Shown here piece after piece: positions 11,703 to 23,037 of a DNA stretch of 64,000 nt; the stretch's first letter is position 1; each line of letters starts with the position of its first letter. Under the pieces are notes generated by a model. The model worked only from the letters and a program-made list of their open reading frames with translations, searched no databases and was not told the origin of the DNA. The position numbers and the translations under genes were made by a program. Source of the stretch: Selaginella moellendorffii (lineage: Eukaryota; Plantae; Lycopodiophyta); assembly GCF_000143415.4 (NCBI RefSeq), contig NW_003314281.1:608833-672832 (forward strand). Reading direction: 5' to 3'.

Positions 11703-13131
11703 TTTGAACAACGATAATTAAATGTTAATAATATTGTGTAATATAATAAATATCCTTCCCTGAGAGTTACTGGATAAAACCTCACATGGGTGGTGAAAGT
11801 CCATGATAGTAGCACACACAACAACATGCTAATCGTTTTCAATAAAATGTAAGAGGTATTTACAAAGTCATAAGTGTTGCTATTGTTAAAAGCATGTAGC
11901 TCTTCAGTGGAGTATTTGCTACCATCTCTATATCCCCCTTCATCACCGCCACCTTGCCATCTGCATGTCCCTCAAAATGCCCTTTGTGGTCCATGTGACT
12001 TCAAATAGTTGTTGTTGTTGCATTGAATGAGGGTTTGCAAGTTGCAAAATTTATTATTTATTATAATATATAATCTGTAATCAAGCTAGTCATAGAGAAA
12101 ACCTGAAAAAAAATTGGAATAAACAATCACAAAGGGAAATATTGTTTAGCAATTCACCTTGAATCACCCTTGTATCCTCCTCACAGCTTGTTCAACGTCT
12201 CCAGCAAGCTCTCGTTAGCTCAGAGGGCAGCGGCATGCCAGAACCTCTTCCCTCCCCATCTGACACATGCTCTTGAGCTTGACTTCCATGTAACGAAATA
12301 TGTCCAAAACACCATCACCCCTTGCAATGTCCTCGATCTGCCCATTCCAATCCAGAGGTGTAAGCGCCTGGATCACACCATCCTTCCATCCCTATTACCT
12401 TTCTAATAATGACGGTGCGATGGCTCAGATGGATCAGACAACCGACGGTGACGATTAACTACTCACCGTTTCAAACATGCATGAATCGGTCCTGGCCAGG
12501 AAAGAAAAACTCTGGAGAAAGTACAACATTTGTTGTAGCCGTGCACCATTAATCGTGGTACACCGGGCATAAGTGTAGTTGCAAGTGTAGACGAGGATCG
12601 GCCTTGAAGCCATTCTAGGAGTGGTACAAGTCAACATCTGTCAAAGACGATCTTAGTGTTTTGTTGTTGCACCTCTGCATTGTGACACTGGTGAATGAGC
12701 TCTTTCCCCAAGAACTTTGACCAGTTTCCCTGGTTTTTTCAGGGACATGGAATAAACACAACCCCTAAATGAGAACTTCTCTTTGAAAGATTGCCGCACA
12801 AATAGCCCACTAATTACTCTCTTGCCATTGTCATAATCTATGTTGATATCTTGTCATCACATATTTGTTTTGTGATCTTAAAGCAGCTCTGACAGCCAAA
12901 CCTGGGAGAAATTTAGTACTACCAGAAGACACCATTCATGATTCTTCACAAAGAGAGTTTAAATCTTTTTTTTATATACTCAATTTACTAAAACATTAAT
13001 AATAAAGAATTGAAAGAGAATGTTTAGTCAACGATTAAAGAATATCCTAGAATATATATAGAATTTTTAAGAATTTTCATTTGGCGTAGAAAAAGATCTC
13101 TTTAAGCTTTGTTTTTCCGTTGCGAAAGAAA

Positions 13132-14380
13132 ATGCCGGTGGAGAGGAGGACGAGCATCGGGTCTTGTTCATCCACGGGATCGAATGCCCTGGCTGTTCGG
13201 CGAGATCGGCGCAGGAGGCAGCCAAGCTGGATGAAGTTCTTTGGGCCGGAGCACCTCCAAGAACGCGATTGCTGGTTCGCTGTGCACAAGATCAACAGCG
13301 GCGGGCTGGATTCGCTGGCTGTTCACAACGCCGTTTCCAAGGCCTGCTTCAAGATACCCCTGTGTGGCTCTTTAGGTCGTCTCGGTGGAAGTGGAAGCGA
13401 TCACACCTTCACCAGTGCCAACAGTGGCCTTGTTTGTACCTTCAGAGGACAGAGGTACTTGAACAATTGTCTTTCTGTGATATTATTGTGTAGTTCTCGT
13501 CCACTCTGTTCCTTCTCACGGATGATTTCTTCAGGTTTAGTCTGATGCACGTCTTCAATCCTTTCAAATCGGAGGAGTTCCAAGTGACTATCCCACCCAA
13601 GACCGTCATCTACACCGCAGCTATTGTTCCCAAGGCAAGCAGCTCAAAAGAGTTCAGGGTGGTAGCAATGGCCGAATTCGGTGAAGTCACAGGTGTTTAT
13701 ATATACGAAAGCGGGACAAAGGTGTGGAGGAGGTCCTGGGAGTTGGAGTCGCTGCAGTACCTTGAGTTTTATCCGTGCAATGTCACGGTTGGCAACAGGT
13801 TCTGCTTCTTGGTGAAGAGTGGCAGAGACGGGTATCTGAGGGTCATGTTCTACGACATGGAAGGTGAAGCCTTGACAGATTCACAGCCTGGGTTTCCTGC
13901 GTCGTTTGGTCAGGTTGGTGTGGAAGAGTACGCGGAAAGCATTCGCATTGTGGAGCCCAATCTGTTCCTGTGCAAAGGCAAGCTGACTGTGGTGGATACC
14001 GTTGTGACTGGCTCACCGTCTTCTGGTCGCGACGAGGATGAAGATGAAGAATACTACCCGATTACTCGGAAGTGACTATATGGCAAATGGATGAACAGAC
14101 TCACAAGTGGGAGACAGTTGCAAAGATGCCAGATGATTTATGGCGCAAGCTTCACGTCGGCTGTGACATGTATTCCAAGCTCAAAGTTTGTGGAGCCGGC
14201 AAGTTTGTCTTCATGCAGTTTGTGCACTGGACTCCGTGGGAACATCGTGCGGCCGATGAAGACGCTGTAATTTGCAACTTGGACACTTGGGAAGAACTCC
14301 CTCCAAAACCACCCACAATCATGTTCAGCCGGTGCCTGGATGTTCTTGTTCTGGATCCAGACCAGTCCTTTGCTCTTTGA
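13132..14380 (+). pseudogene. F-box/kelch-associated beta-propeller-like gene with a 1-nt frameshift
   Basis: SANSGLVC..HVFNPF..VYIYESGTKVW..IWQMDE...WETVAKMP pattern; intron ~13454-13534; frame break at ~14072 (CGG AAG TGA; one added G restores R-K-V-T-I-W). No clear F-box seen. Confidence 0.6.
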
Positions 14381-15460
14381 GTTACGTTAACGCTATAGTT
14401 TCCTTTTTATGGGGTATGCACAGTAGGAGAAGTGGGAGGCAAAATCTGAATTCGATGAGGTTTAATCCATCGATCTGCTAGGCACAATCACTGTACACAT
14501 GCGACTCCGAGATTCATGCACAGTGACAGGTGCTTGCGGTTGCTGAATCGGCCTACTAGAAAGCCATGCACAGGCAATCGTGATTGAAATCGCATACGTA
14601 TGTAGACAGGAAAAGGCAGTGGTATCATATAAGATTTAGTTGGGGTTTTTCTGTTTTTCTCGGTTATAGTGGGGGATATTCGGCTTGGAGGGGGTGCGCC
14701 TTGGTTCTAGGAGAGAGGGGACCGTTTTCTAAGCTGTGGGAGTGAAGGGAGCGGAATAAAGAGTGTAGATGCTTCGACTAACAGCCTTGGAGCGCGTGGA
14801 GCAGAGGTTGGCGGTGCAGCTGTGTTTACAAACATTCAAAGAGTGCATTCGACAAGGATCTCTCGAGACCAGCAGATTTGTGTTCATTGTCAACTTGTGG
14901 ACAGCCTTGGGTGAGGTTTCTGGCAGAAGGCTACGGACGAGCAGTACCTCTTGCTGCAAGGAGCAACATCTTTTGGTGTACTGCCCAGGCCTCCCTTGCA
15001 TGGTATCACACTATTGCCGAGTTTCTAGCTGCGGGTGGTGAGGAAATGGCTCCTCTACCAATCTTGAGATTGCGGAAAGACTGTATAAGGAAGGGCGTGA
15101 TGGGGTGGAACAAATATTGGTGGCCAACTCTTCAACAGGATGAAGTTTATACAGAGCTCTGATCCATGCTAGTGTATTAGGTGTCCTACTTAGTGAGATG
15201 CAATGCCCTTGCATCCTATAATTCCAACTCTACCTTTTGAGATGTGGGGAATTGATTTTATATGGGACTATTTCAACCAACATGACATAGGAGGAACCAC
15301 TATATCCTGGTATACATGGATTATGTGACTGGAATCTTCCAGTCATATTAGATTTGTCTAACATCAATGCAAGGAGTGGTATAATTGTCATTTATGGGCT
15401 AAGAGTTTTCAGACAAAAGATTTCATACTGCTATATAAAGTAAATATTAGAAGTTGGCCA

Positions 15461-15890
15461 GCAAACTCAAAATTTGTTGGATTGGCCCATACCATGTGAA
15501 GACCAAGACCATGAACACCAATGGTTTGGTGGAGCTTGAGGGTTTCAGTGGTAATCCTCTTTGAACACCAGTGAATGGAGTTTAACTTTAGTATTATCAC
15601 ATTAGATTTGGAGAGGAGTGCTTTAAGGACATTGCACAGTCGTCGCCAGGGTGATGTCAAGGGCCAAGGTCAGCTCAAAAATAAGACTTAGTCCAAGTTG
15701 GGGGCTTTCCTTGAGCTGGCTCTAGCCCCACTTGGCAACGAATGTGTGATGCCTTTAGAGCACTCCTTTCCAAATCAAATGTAAGTTTCCATTCACAAAG
15801 AGGATTACTATTAAAATCCTTAAGCTCCACTGAACCACTAGTGTTCAAAATCTTAAAATAATATGGGCTAATTTAATGAATTTTTGTTGC
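15461..15890. mobile_element. MITE-like long inverted repeat / foldback
   Basis: Left arm (TGAACACCAATGGTTTGGTGGAGCTT..GTAATCCTCTTTG..GATTTGGAGAGGAGTGC) is the reverse complement of the right arm (GCACTCCTTTCCAAATC..CAAAGAGGATTAC..AAGCTCCAC..GTGTTCA); mismatches are mostly transitions; no coding capacity. Confidence 0.75.
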
Positions 15891-16267
15891 AAATGGTATG
15901 TTGGTAAATCCTCTTGAATATTCTTTCTTTATTATCATAATGGCAAGAGCTTGGTATTGTTAAACCGAGCTTAGAAAGTTTCAAAACAGCGTGGAGTGGT
16001 GACCACAATTTCAGAAAGGAGATCTTCTATGAAAGGAAGCTTTATTTTTCATGTTGATTAATGTTTTTTTTTCCTATTTAGAGTTCTGTTAGTGAATTAC
16101 AATTGTGTAAGTGAAGTTGCTGCGAGTTCAGATCTCCTATGAAGTAAGCTTCTTCTTTTTTGGTTCTTTTTTAGAGTTTACGTGAGCAAGTTGCTGAAAC
16201 TGAATTTGTATTTTATTCTTGACAGCATGACACATTCGAGGTTCTTTTTTTTTTGGAAAAGGTGAAG

Positions 16268-17755
16268 CTACAGCCTGTGTAAGTTCAATAGGGCGCTGTT
16301 GACGAGCTCCTCGAGGCTGTTGGAATGCTTGGTAAGTCCCACAAAACCCGAAAACGTTAGGAAGTTTTCTTCGTCTGAGGCAGTCGCTAACATTGCTTCC
16401 AGGGACGCCTCCATTTCACCGTCTTCTCTAAAACGTCGCCAGAACCTGGCGTCCTTTTCCATCAAGCTGTTCAGAAGCTCTACGCTATATCGCCGGATAC
16501 GATTCAAGCTCCTAGAAGGTGCTGTCTGGGATAGAAGCTCTGTGATTTTTTCGCAAAGCCGTGATTGTTGCGATAGCACGCCTTGTGCAAAGTCACGTGT
16601 GTCGAGCCAGGGGATTATGGCTGCTACCAAACCGATGGCTGCCTGCTGTTCCTTGTCCATGGATTCCAGCACCATCTGGATGATGCGAGATATGGCTACT
16701 CCAAGCTCCAACTTTTCTGATCAACTGGAAGGATCTTAGTGAGGCCGAAATCAGGAAAGCTGCAACCATAGTAATCAAGCACCTGGTTCGTCACAGCCAT
16801 AACTGCTTCAGGATTTCCGCTATCCCTGGATCCGTGGAGGCCCTCACTGCTCTTTTAGCCGCAAGAGAGGAGGAAGTGTTAGAAGTCCTCAACAGGCTAG
16901 TCGTGGATTACAGGACATGCGTGCGAATCGGTCACACCAGCGGACTTATCTCCATCCTGGTTGAATTTATCCAAGACGAAGAAACGTCGAAAGAAGTATT
17001 CCGTCAATCACTCCAGCTTTTGAAGACATTGGCTAACGTGCGAGGAGATTCTGGACGGTCACTGCGAAAGAAGATAGTGTCGGTAGTGCCAGCAGTAAGA
17101 AGTCTTCAAAGGATATGCAATCTCGAAGATTTGGAGCTGGCAGTCGACGTGATCAAGCTGCTAGCAGCCGAGGACGAGCTTAGAGATTGCATTGGTGCGA
17201 CTGGAGGAGTTATCCAAAGCTTGATGGCCATATTTGCGAGAGAAACCGCACCGAACAGCGATCAGTTGACCATCGCCATGAGAGCCGGGGAAGCCATAAT
17301 TGTGCTCGTTCTCCAGTGTCCCAACAATTGCTCGAGGCTCCTCATGCACAAAAGCTACAGACAAGGTGGTGTTAGCAAGACCCTCAAGAACTTGATCAAC
17401 ATGCTCACCAAGCCAGTTGGAGTCCATGCAGCCACAATTTTGCGAAGCTTGTGCGGTAAGCTCTGAAAGTGAGCTGCTCTGGTGATCGGGAATTATTCCT
17501 TTTCACTGGAGCTGAAGACTTTGAAAAAGTGGAAAGCTGCTGCAGCTCTGGAGCTGAAGGCTTGGGAGTGGAAGGCTGCTGCTCGGCGTCCGGATGTGGA
17601 GAAAAAACCGACCACAACTCACTGGTATTCAGGGTTCTAGTGCTTGAAGGTGGAGAAGGTGGAGAAGCGAGAGCAGAGCCGGAAGAAGGAACTTGAATGG
17701 TTACCTCGTCCGCAAAGTGAACGGTGGCAGACTGTCTGCTGTTCCTCGAATCCAT
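16268..17755 (-). pseudogene. ARM-repeat (BLE2-like family) gene broken by internal inversion and deletion
   Basis: N-terminus on minus 17755-~17462 (..SPEQLTF), middle ARM part on PLUS ~16712-17456 (INWKD..IGHTSGL..IGATGGV..AGEAI..AATILRSLC), C-terminus on minus 16711-16268 (IRRYSVEL..ENFLTFSGFVGLTKH..LVNSAL). Confidence 0.75.
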
Positions 17756-18539
17756 GTTTAGTGTTCAAGGAGTTCTGGGCATTTGAGGAGGCGGCTCTTG
17801 CGTGGGTCCAGCTAAGCCTGGTGACCGTGGGTCCAGCTAAGGCTGGTGACCTAATCAATGTTTTCCGCTCTGGAAACTGGAGCACTAGTGCTGCGATTCC
17901 AGATCGATCAATGTTGTTTGACAACAATGATCTGACACACACAAAACTCTTTTCTTCGTCTCGGTAGGGCCCTTTCTACTGTTGCACAAGAAACTATCGC
18001 ACAGCCGTGGAAGGGAATAATAGTATATAGAAACCTGTTGTATCTCGTACTCATAAACTTAAAGCTTGTTCTTCCAGGCCTAGAGAAAAGTCAGCTTCAA
18101 ACACGAGGCATGGCCATCTTTTAGTGTGTACTGTGCAGAACTCTCCCTTTCAACCAGGTCTTATAGTTTGCCACTTACTAGGCTTAGGTGGTGGGAAAGA
18201 AAAAACTGGAGTATTCCTTCTCACATAGTCATGTTTCTATCTTATACTTAAGAACCTTGTGCTGGCTCAAGGAGTAGTACTACGAAGTGGTGTAATGAAG
18301 GCAAAGCTTGGACAGGACAGACTGCTACTGAACACTATTGCCACTGCCACAAGCCTCAAATTTGCAGAGCAATTTAGTTTAGCATTTTGTAGGGCAAACT
18401 TTCTTTTCCTTCTTGTGAATATTATAATTTTCTTTCATTGTGCAAGATAAAAATTAATTTATACATCCTAATATATAGATATTTATATATAAACAACTTT
18501 TTAATACAACTAATCACACAAAATCCTTTTTTCCTTTTT

Positions 18540-20330
18540 TTGATGCCATGCATCATAAATATGCCCCTAATTGATCTTGTTGTAGTCATTATCACCATTT
18601 AAATAGATAAACATCAAATCATCTAAATTTTCAATCTTTAGAGAGCATCTTGAAGTAGTTTTCAATTAATTTTGATAAGAAAATCCACCTTCAACATAAA
18701 TAGTGCTCACAGGTATTAAAGAGATAATTTTCCATAGTTCCATCAAATTAGAATATATATTTATCATGGAAATATCATCTTTGCATATTTACTAAGCCAC
18801 TAGCCCATTTTTTGTTAACAAATTACTTTACATGATAGTTACAAACTTTGTGAGTTCTTCTTTACATTTTTCCCCATCAATAAGAGCACCATATTGGTTC
18901 AGTAAGATATTTAGCCATTTATAAGAGTTGTTATCTAATTTTTCCTTATCATTTGAGTAATTCTTTGGGATGAACAATTTTGTAGCATTGAACATGCCTA
19001 TATCCTTTCCCATTCTAGCCAGCATATTAATGTATAATTTTTGAACACATTCCTTGTTTAAATCTAAGCAAGAGCTCAAGCTCCCATCTCTTTTGCTATC
19101 TAGAATAAGAGTATAATCTAAGACATGCTTATGTTATTCCCCTTTAACATTTATAAACTTGATAAATTTATTTTTAGTAGCCTCCACAAAATTACTCAAT
19201 TGTTTCACACTAAGAGTCTTTTTCAGAAATTTTCTTTTGATACTTTTCAAAGTACCATTTAAATACCCAGCAATGCTAGCAATATCCACAGTTTTAGCTT
19301 TGAAAGATTTTGTTCAGACTATTCAATTCCAAAAGTATATCAGGTAGCATATGAATATTGGATCATTCTCTTTAAGACTTCCCCATGAGATAACCAATGT
19401 AAATTGTGGATTTGAAGCATACCTAATATAAGTATATTCATAGCATCTTCTAGAGGCCTAAAAGCCATGACTTTTTTTCTAGAAGTATGCAACCATTTAT
19501 AAATTTGATTGTATAGCTTTTGAACAACCACAAGCTTAGGAAATGCATACACAACTTCAATAGCCACTAAACTCTATTTATGCACTAAGCAATACACTCC
19601 AAGAAAGTGTGGAATGTTATGTTTCAATCTTGTCACTAGACCAAATTATTCTCAAACCATAATAAAAGTTTCATTAGTTCCAATAGCAACACATTTTCCC
19701 TTTTTAAGGTTCATTTCTTTTAAAACCTTTTTGATAGCTTCATATTTACTTACAGCCTTTAGTTACCATCAATTTCAAAAAGTAAGTTTTATTCAGACTT
19801 TTTTCTTTCTTCTTGCATATGGAAAGAGATGTATATGATAAAATGAGCTTCCAAACTTCTATCAGTATTGTTATCCACCATAATAGAAAAAGTAAGGACT
19901 AGCTTGAATATTTTGGCAAACATCTTTCTATCATATCTTTTATACATTTTACAAACTCTTTTCCACTCATAACATTTACATAAGTCCCATACTCTATGGT
20001 GATTGGCATATAGGGCATTCCCATAAACCTGTTAAATTCCACAAAGATTTATAGCTTTCTAAAGGTAATCCCTTCCTCATAATGAAGTACATGTGCTGCA
20101 TTAAGGAAATCAATTTATTCTTATGTTGATCTTCTTGAGCAGTAATATATTTAAGGATAGATAACCCTTTCTTCTTCTTTGCTTCCCAAATAGCCATAAT
20201 TAGTTAATGTTGTTTGGAATTGTTATGCTAAGCTCTTGCCATCATGGTAATAAAGAAAGAATATTCAAGAGGATTTGCCAACATATAACTTTTGATACGT
20301 ATTATTAAACCCTTTATTACTTTTCACCCA
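18540..20330 (-). mobile_element. Degenerate hAT (ZNF862-like) transposase remnant
   Basis: AT-rich; stop-riddled fragments MYFIMRKGLPLESYKSL, GLVTRLK..PHFLGVYCLVHK, HWLSHGEVLKR and the dimerisation-like motif IPVSTIYVEGGFSYQN.LKTTSRCSL. Ends not defined. Confidence 0.7.
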
Positions 20331-21559
20331 AGCTAGTTGAGAAATTAATTATCATATATGTGCACTTAAATCAAAAGGGCATTAAAGAAGAAATGTGGTT
20401 CCAAATGTATAATAAGGATAGGTATATTAGACATGGCTATCCAACTTGAGGCATAATCTAGCTTTTGCTTGCATGCCTATTTTTGTTCTATATTTATCTT
20501 GGGTCTAAACTTAAACTTTATATTGGTGGAGTATTTATATCCTCATGTTAGTATGTTAAAATAGTGTTAAACTTTATTTGGCTCTATTTTGTGTGTTAGT
20601 CCTAGCATTGGGATGCTCAATACTCTAAGATTATTCTAAGTCATTCCATGCCTTTATCACTTTGCTCTATAGACATGAGTTATTCCATGCTTTGTTTGTT
20701 TCACTTCCAAGTTCTATACTTCGGAATTTAACTCATCCTTTCATTTAATGGCTCAAGGCCTTGAAACTTAAATTTCATTTTGTTGCCTTTTGACACATGG
20801 CATGTGACATATGGCATATGGCACATAGAGGGTTAAAATTATGTTCCATGGTTATCTTATAATAAAGCACCACAAGATAAAAGGTAAAAATCACATATAT
20901 TACAATTTTGAGTTTGCCAATTTGCTCTCATATATTAGCAGAAGATCTCTTATATGAAAACTTAAGCTTGTGGCTGGATCACAAGGAAGAGGCCATGGAA
21001 GAGGCATTCCACGCAGAGGACCACTGCAATGATGGAATTGGGACAAGTCTAGTGCTACACCCATTTAGTGGTAAATATTTTACTTCTTTTGTTTTTGCTT
21101 GAGATTTCATCACCTTGCCAATGCAGCCACTGGTGAACAGCATGGTGATGGTTGGGTATGCTCCAAAAATGCACTATCACACTCCAAACTCCAAGTCTCC
21201 AGAAAGTTGGGCAGCTTGTGCACCCAGGTTCACTAGGATAATTCTGGATTGATTCATGAGTGAATAAGATTATCACTCATAGGCTTTTGAATCAAGAGGT
21301 CTCTGGTCAACCTTTGTCAATGCTTGACCAGAAAACTCTCTACATCATGTATTGTGTACATATGGTTTTCTTTTACCTTGAGCTACTTTACAGTGTAGTT
21401 TTTCTGTGCTCGATAAGCTTGACATTACAATCTATACTCTGTTCTTGAAGTATTCTAGCATTTATCAATGGAAGAATTTGAATTGATAAGTGCAAACATT
21501 TCTGAATGCTAGTAGTCATTATATTCCCACTTCAACATAATATGCCATGAATAAGGCCT

Positions 21560-22030
21560 GAAGACCAAACTTCCACACCTTGGAAATCTATCCAGTTACA
21601 GAGCCTCGACTCAGCTTGCAAGTGGACATCCATAGCAGCTTCCTCCACGTCAGTCCCCTCCTCTTTAGCTGCAAGAGAAATACGCTTTGAGCGCTCCCAC
21701 AAATGCCAAAGAGTTTGGACCGCAGACCTTTGCTGCTTGTATTTCCGCTACTAATTCCAAAGCCGGATCACCCTCGCTGTTTCCTGCATCATACTGTGAG
21801 CACTGCGAGTGAATATTGGCCATTCCCTTCTCTATCCGTGGATTTCCTTCTTTTCTTCGTCGGCTGAAGGTGGTGCGAGCTTTCAGAGCAGGAGCAAAGT
21901 CGAGGCATTTCACTGATCCATTCGAACATCTCCAAAGCCAGCTCTGCTTTGAAACGTGTTCTCGACATATCGCAGCTCCAGGACACAAGGCTGTCAAAGC
22001 ACATCCTGTCGAAAGTCCACTTTGCTAGGT
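21560..22030 (-). pseudogene. PPR pseudogene fragment
   Basis: Frameshifted PPR words: AKWTFDRM..SLVSW..AELALEMFE; GDPALEL..PNSLAFVGALKA. Confidence 0.6.
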
Positions 22031-22130
22031 ATGTAAGTGTGGAAGTTCCGAAGGATGATTATCTCCAAATCGTTTTTAACTAAACAGGAAGTCTAGATTC
22101 TACATACCGCGGAAGACCAAGTGGATCTCG

Positions 22131-22979
22131 TCAAGCTCGTTTCTTAATGCTCCTCCGAGCTCTCAGGACCTTGTCTCGCATTTTCTTGAGCTCCTTTGCG
22201 CTTGGAGAGTAGAGATCCAAGGTTGTAGAATCTGCAAAGTACGAGATAAAGCCAAGAAGAAAAAGAAAAGCAACAAAGAGTTCGCGTTTTACCGTCGGAT
22301 CGTTGCTCCTCCTCTCTTGCTGCTTTCCTCCTGCTGATCTCCACACTCCATGCGCTCTTATCTCTCGGATCCTTGCATTGGCTAACAGTTTCTTCGTCCG
22401 ACTCCAAGAGCGCTTGCTTGAGTTCCTCTCGGAGTGCCGTTTTAACATCCCCGGACAGCTTTGCGGGCACAGCTTGGATCTGATCGAGCACTCGTTTGAT
22501 GGTGCCTTCCTCCTCCTTCAGCTTCCATTCACAAGAAAAGCAAAAAAACATTAGAACTGGAATAGAAAGAAAGAACTCACCATGAATGAAACCTTGCGAT
22601 TTTGGTCGTCCAGAGAGTTCCGCATGGAACTGATGCTCTCCGCAACCCCGGCCACGAGATTTTCCAGAGCAGCCAACCGCTGCTCGATCGCATCGTCCGA
22701 TCGAATTGGGACTGGCAAAGGGACCAAATCCGTGGCCGTGACCTGCGATTCTCGCCTGGATTGCGAGAAGCCCTGGGAAGAGAAGGACTCCTGCTGGCTC
22801 TGCGACGGCTGCGATGCGTAGCAATGCGGCGGCGGCGGCGGCAGCGGCCGGGAGCGCGAGAAATCCAGCCGCCTGTGATCGCCGCCGCGAGGGATCTGGC
22901 GCTCAAACCTGTCGTATGATGCGCAGAGGGACGCGAGCTCGCCGGCGCTCGGCTTGTTCATCCCAAACCTCCTCATCAC
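22131..22979 (-). CDS. PRD3/PAIR1-like meiotic coiled-coil protein (candidate); 3 exons
   Basis: N-terminal MNK..ELASL, ASQPSQSQQESFSSQG (SQ-rich), central coiled coil, basic C-terminal VLRARRSIKKR. This order matches recalled PAIR1/PRD3 layout; splicing keeps the frame. Confidence 0.55.
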
Positions 22980-23037
22980 AGGACTAGCTAGGGTTTTGTG
23001 CCACGGCGGGAAATTTAAATTTCCAACGAGCTCTATC

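Noticed and set aside
11604-11711. N-terminal extension of the PPR ORF (MFKGDVV..)
   Set aside because: Starts at a non-ATG codon and runs through the tRNA-like element; ATG 11603 is the plausible start.
12100-12650. Coding-like minus-strand scraps with splice-like sites
   Set aside because: Stops in all frames and no family recognised.
14769-15162. Two overlapping plus-strand ORFs, possibly one frameshifted gene
   Set aside because: No recognisable motif; cannot support a call.
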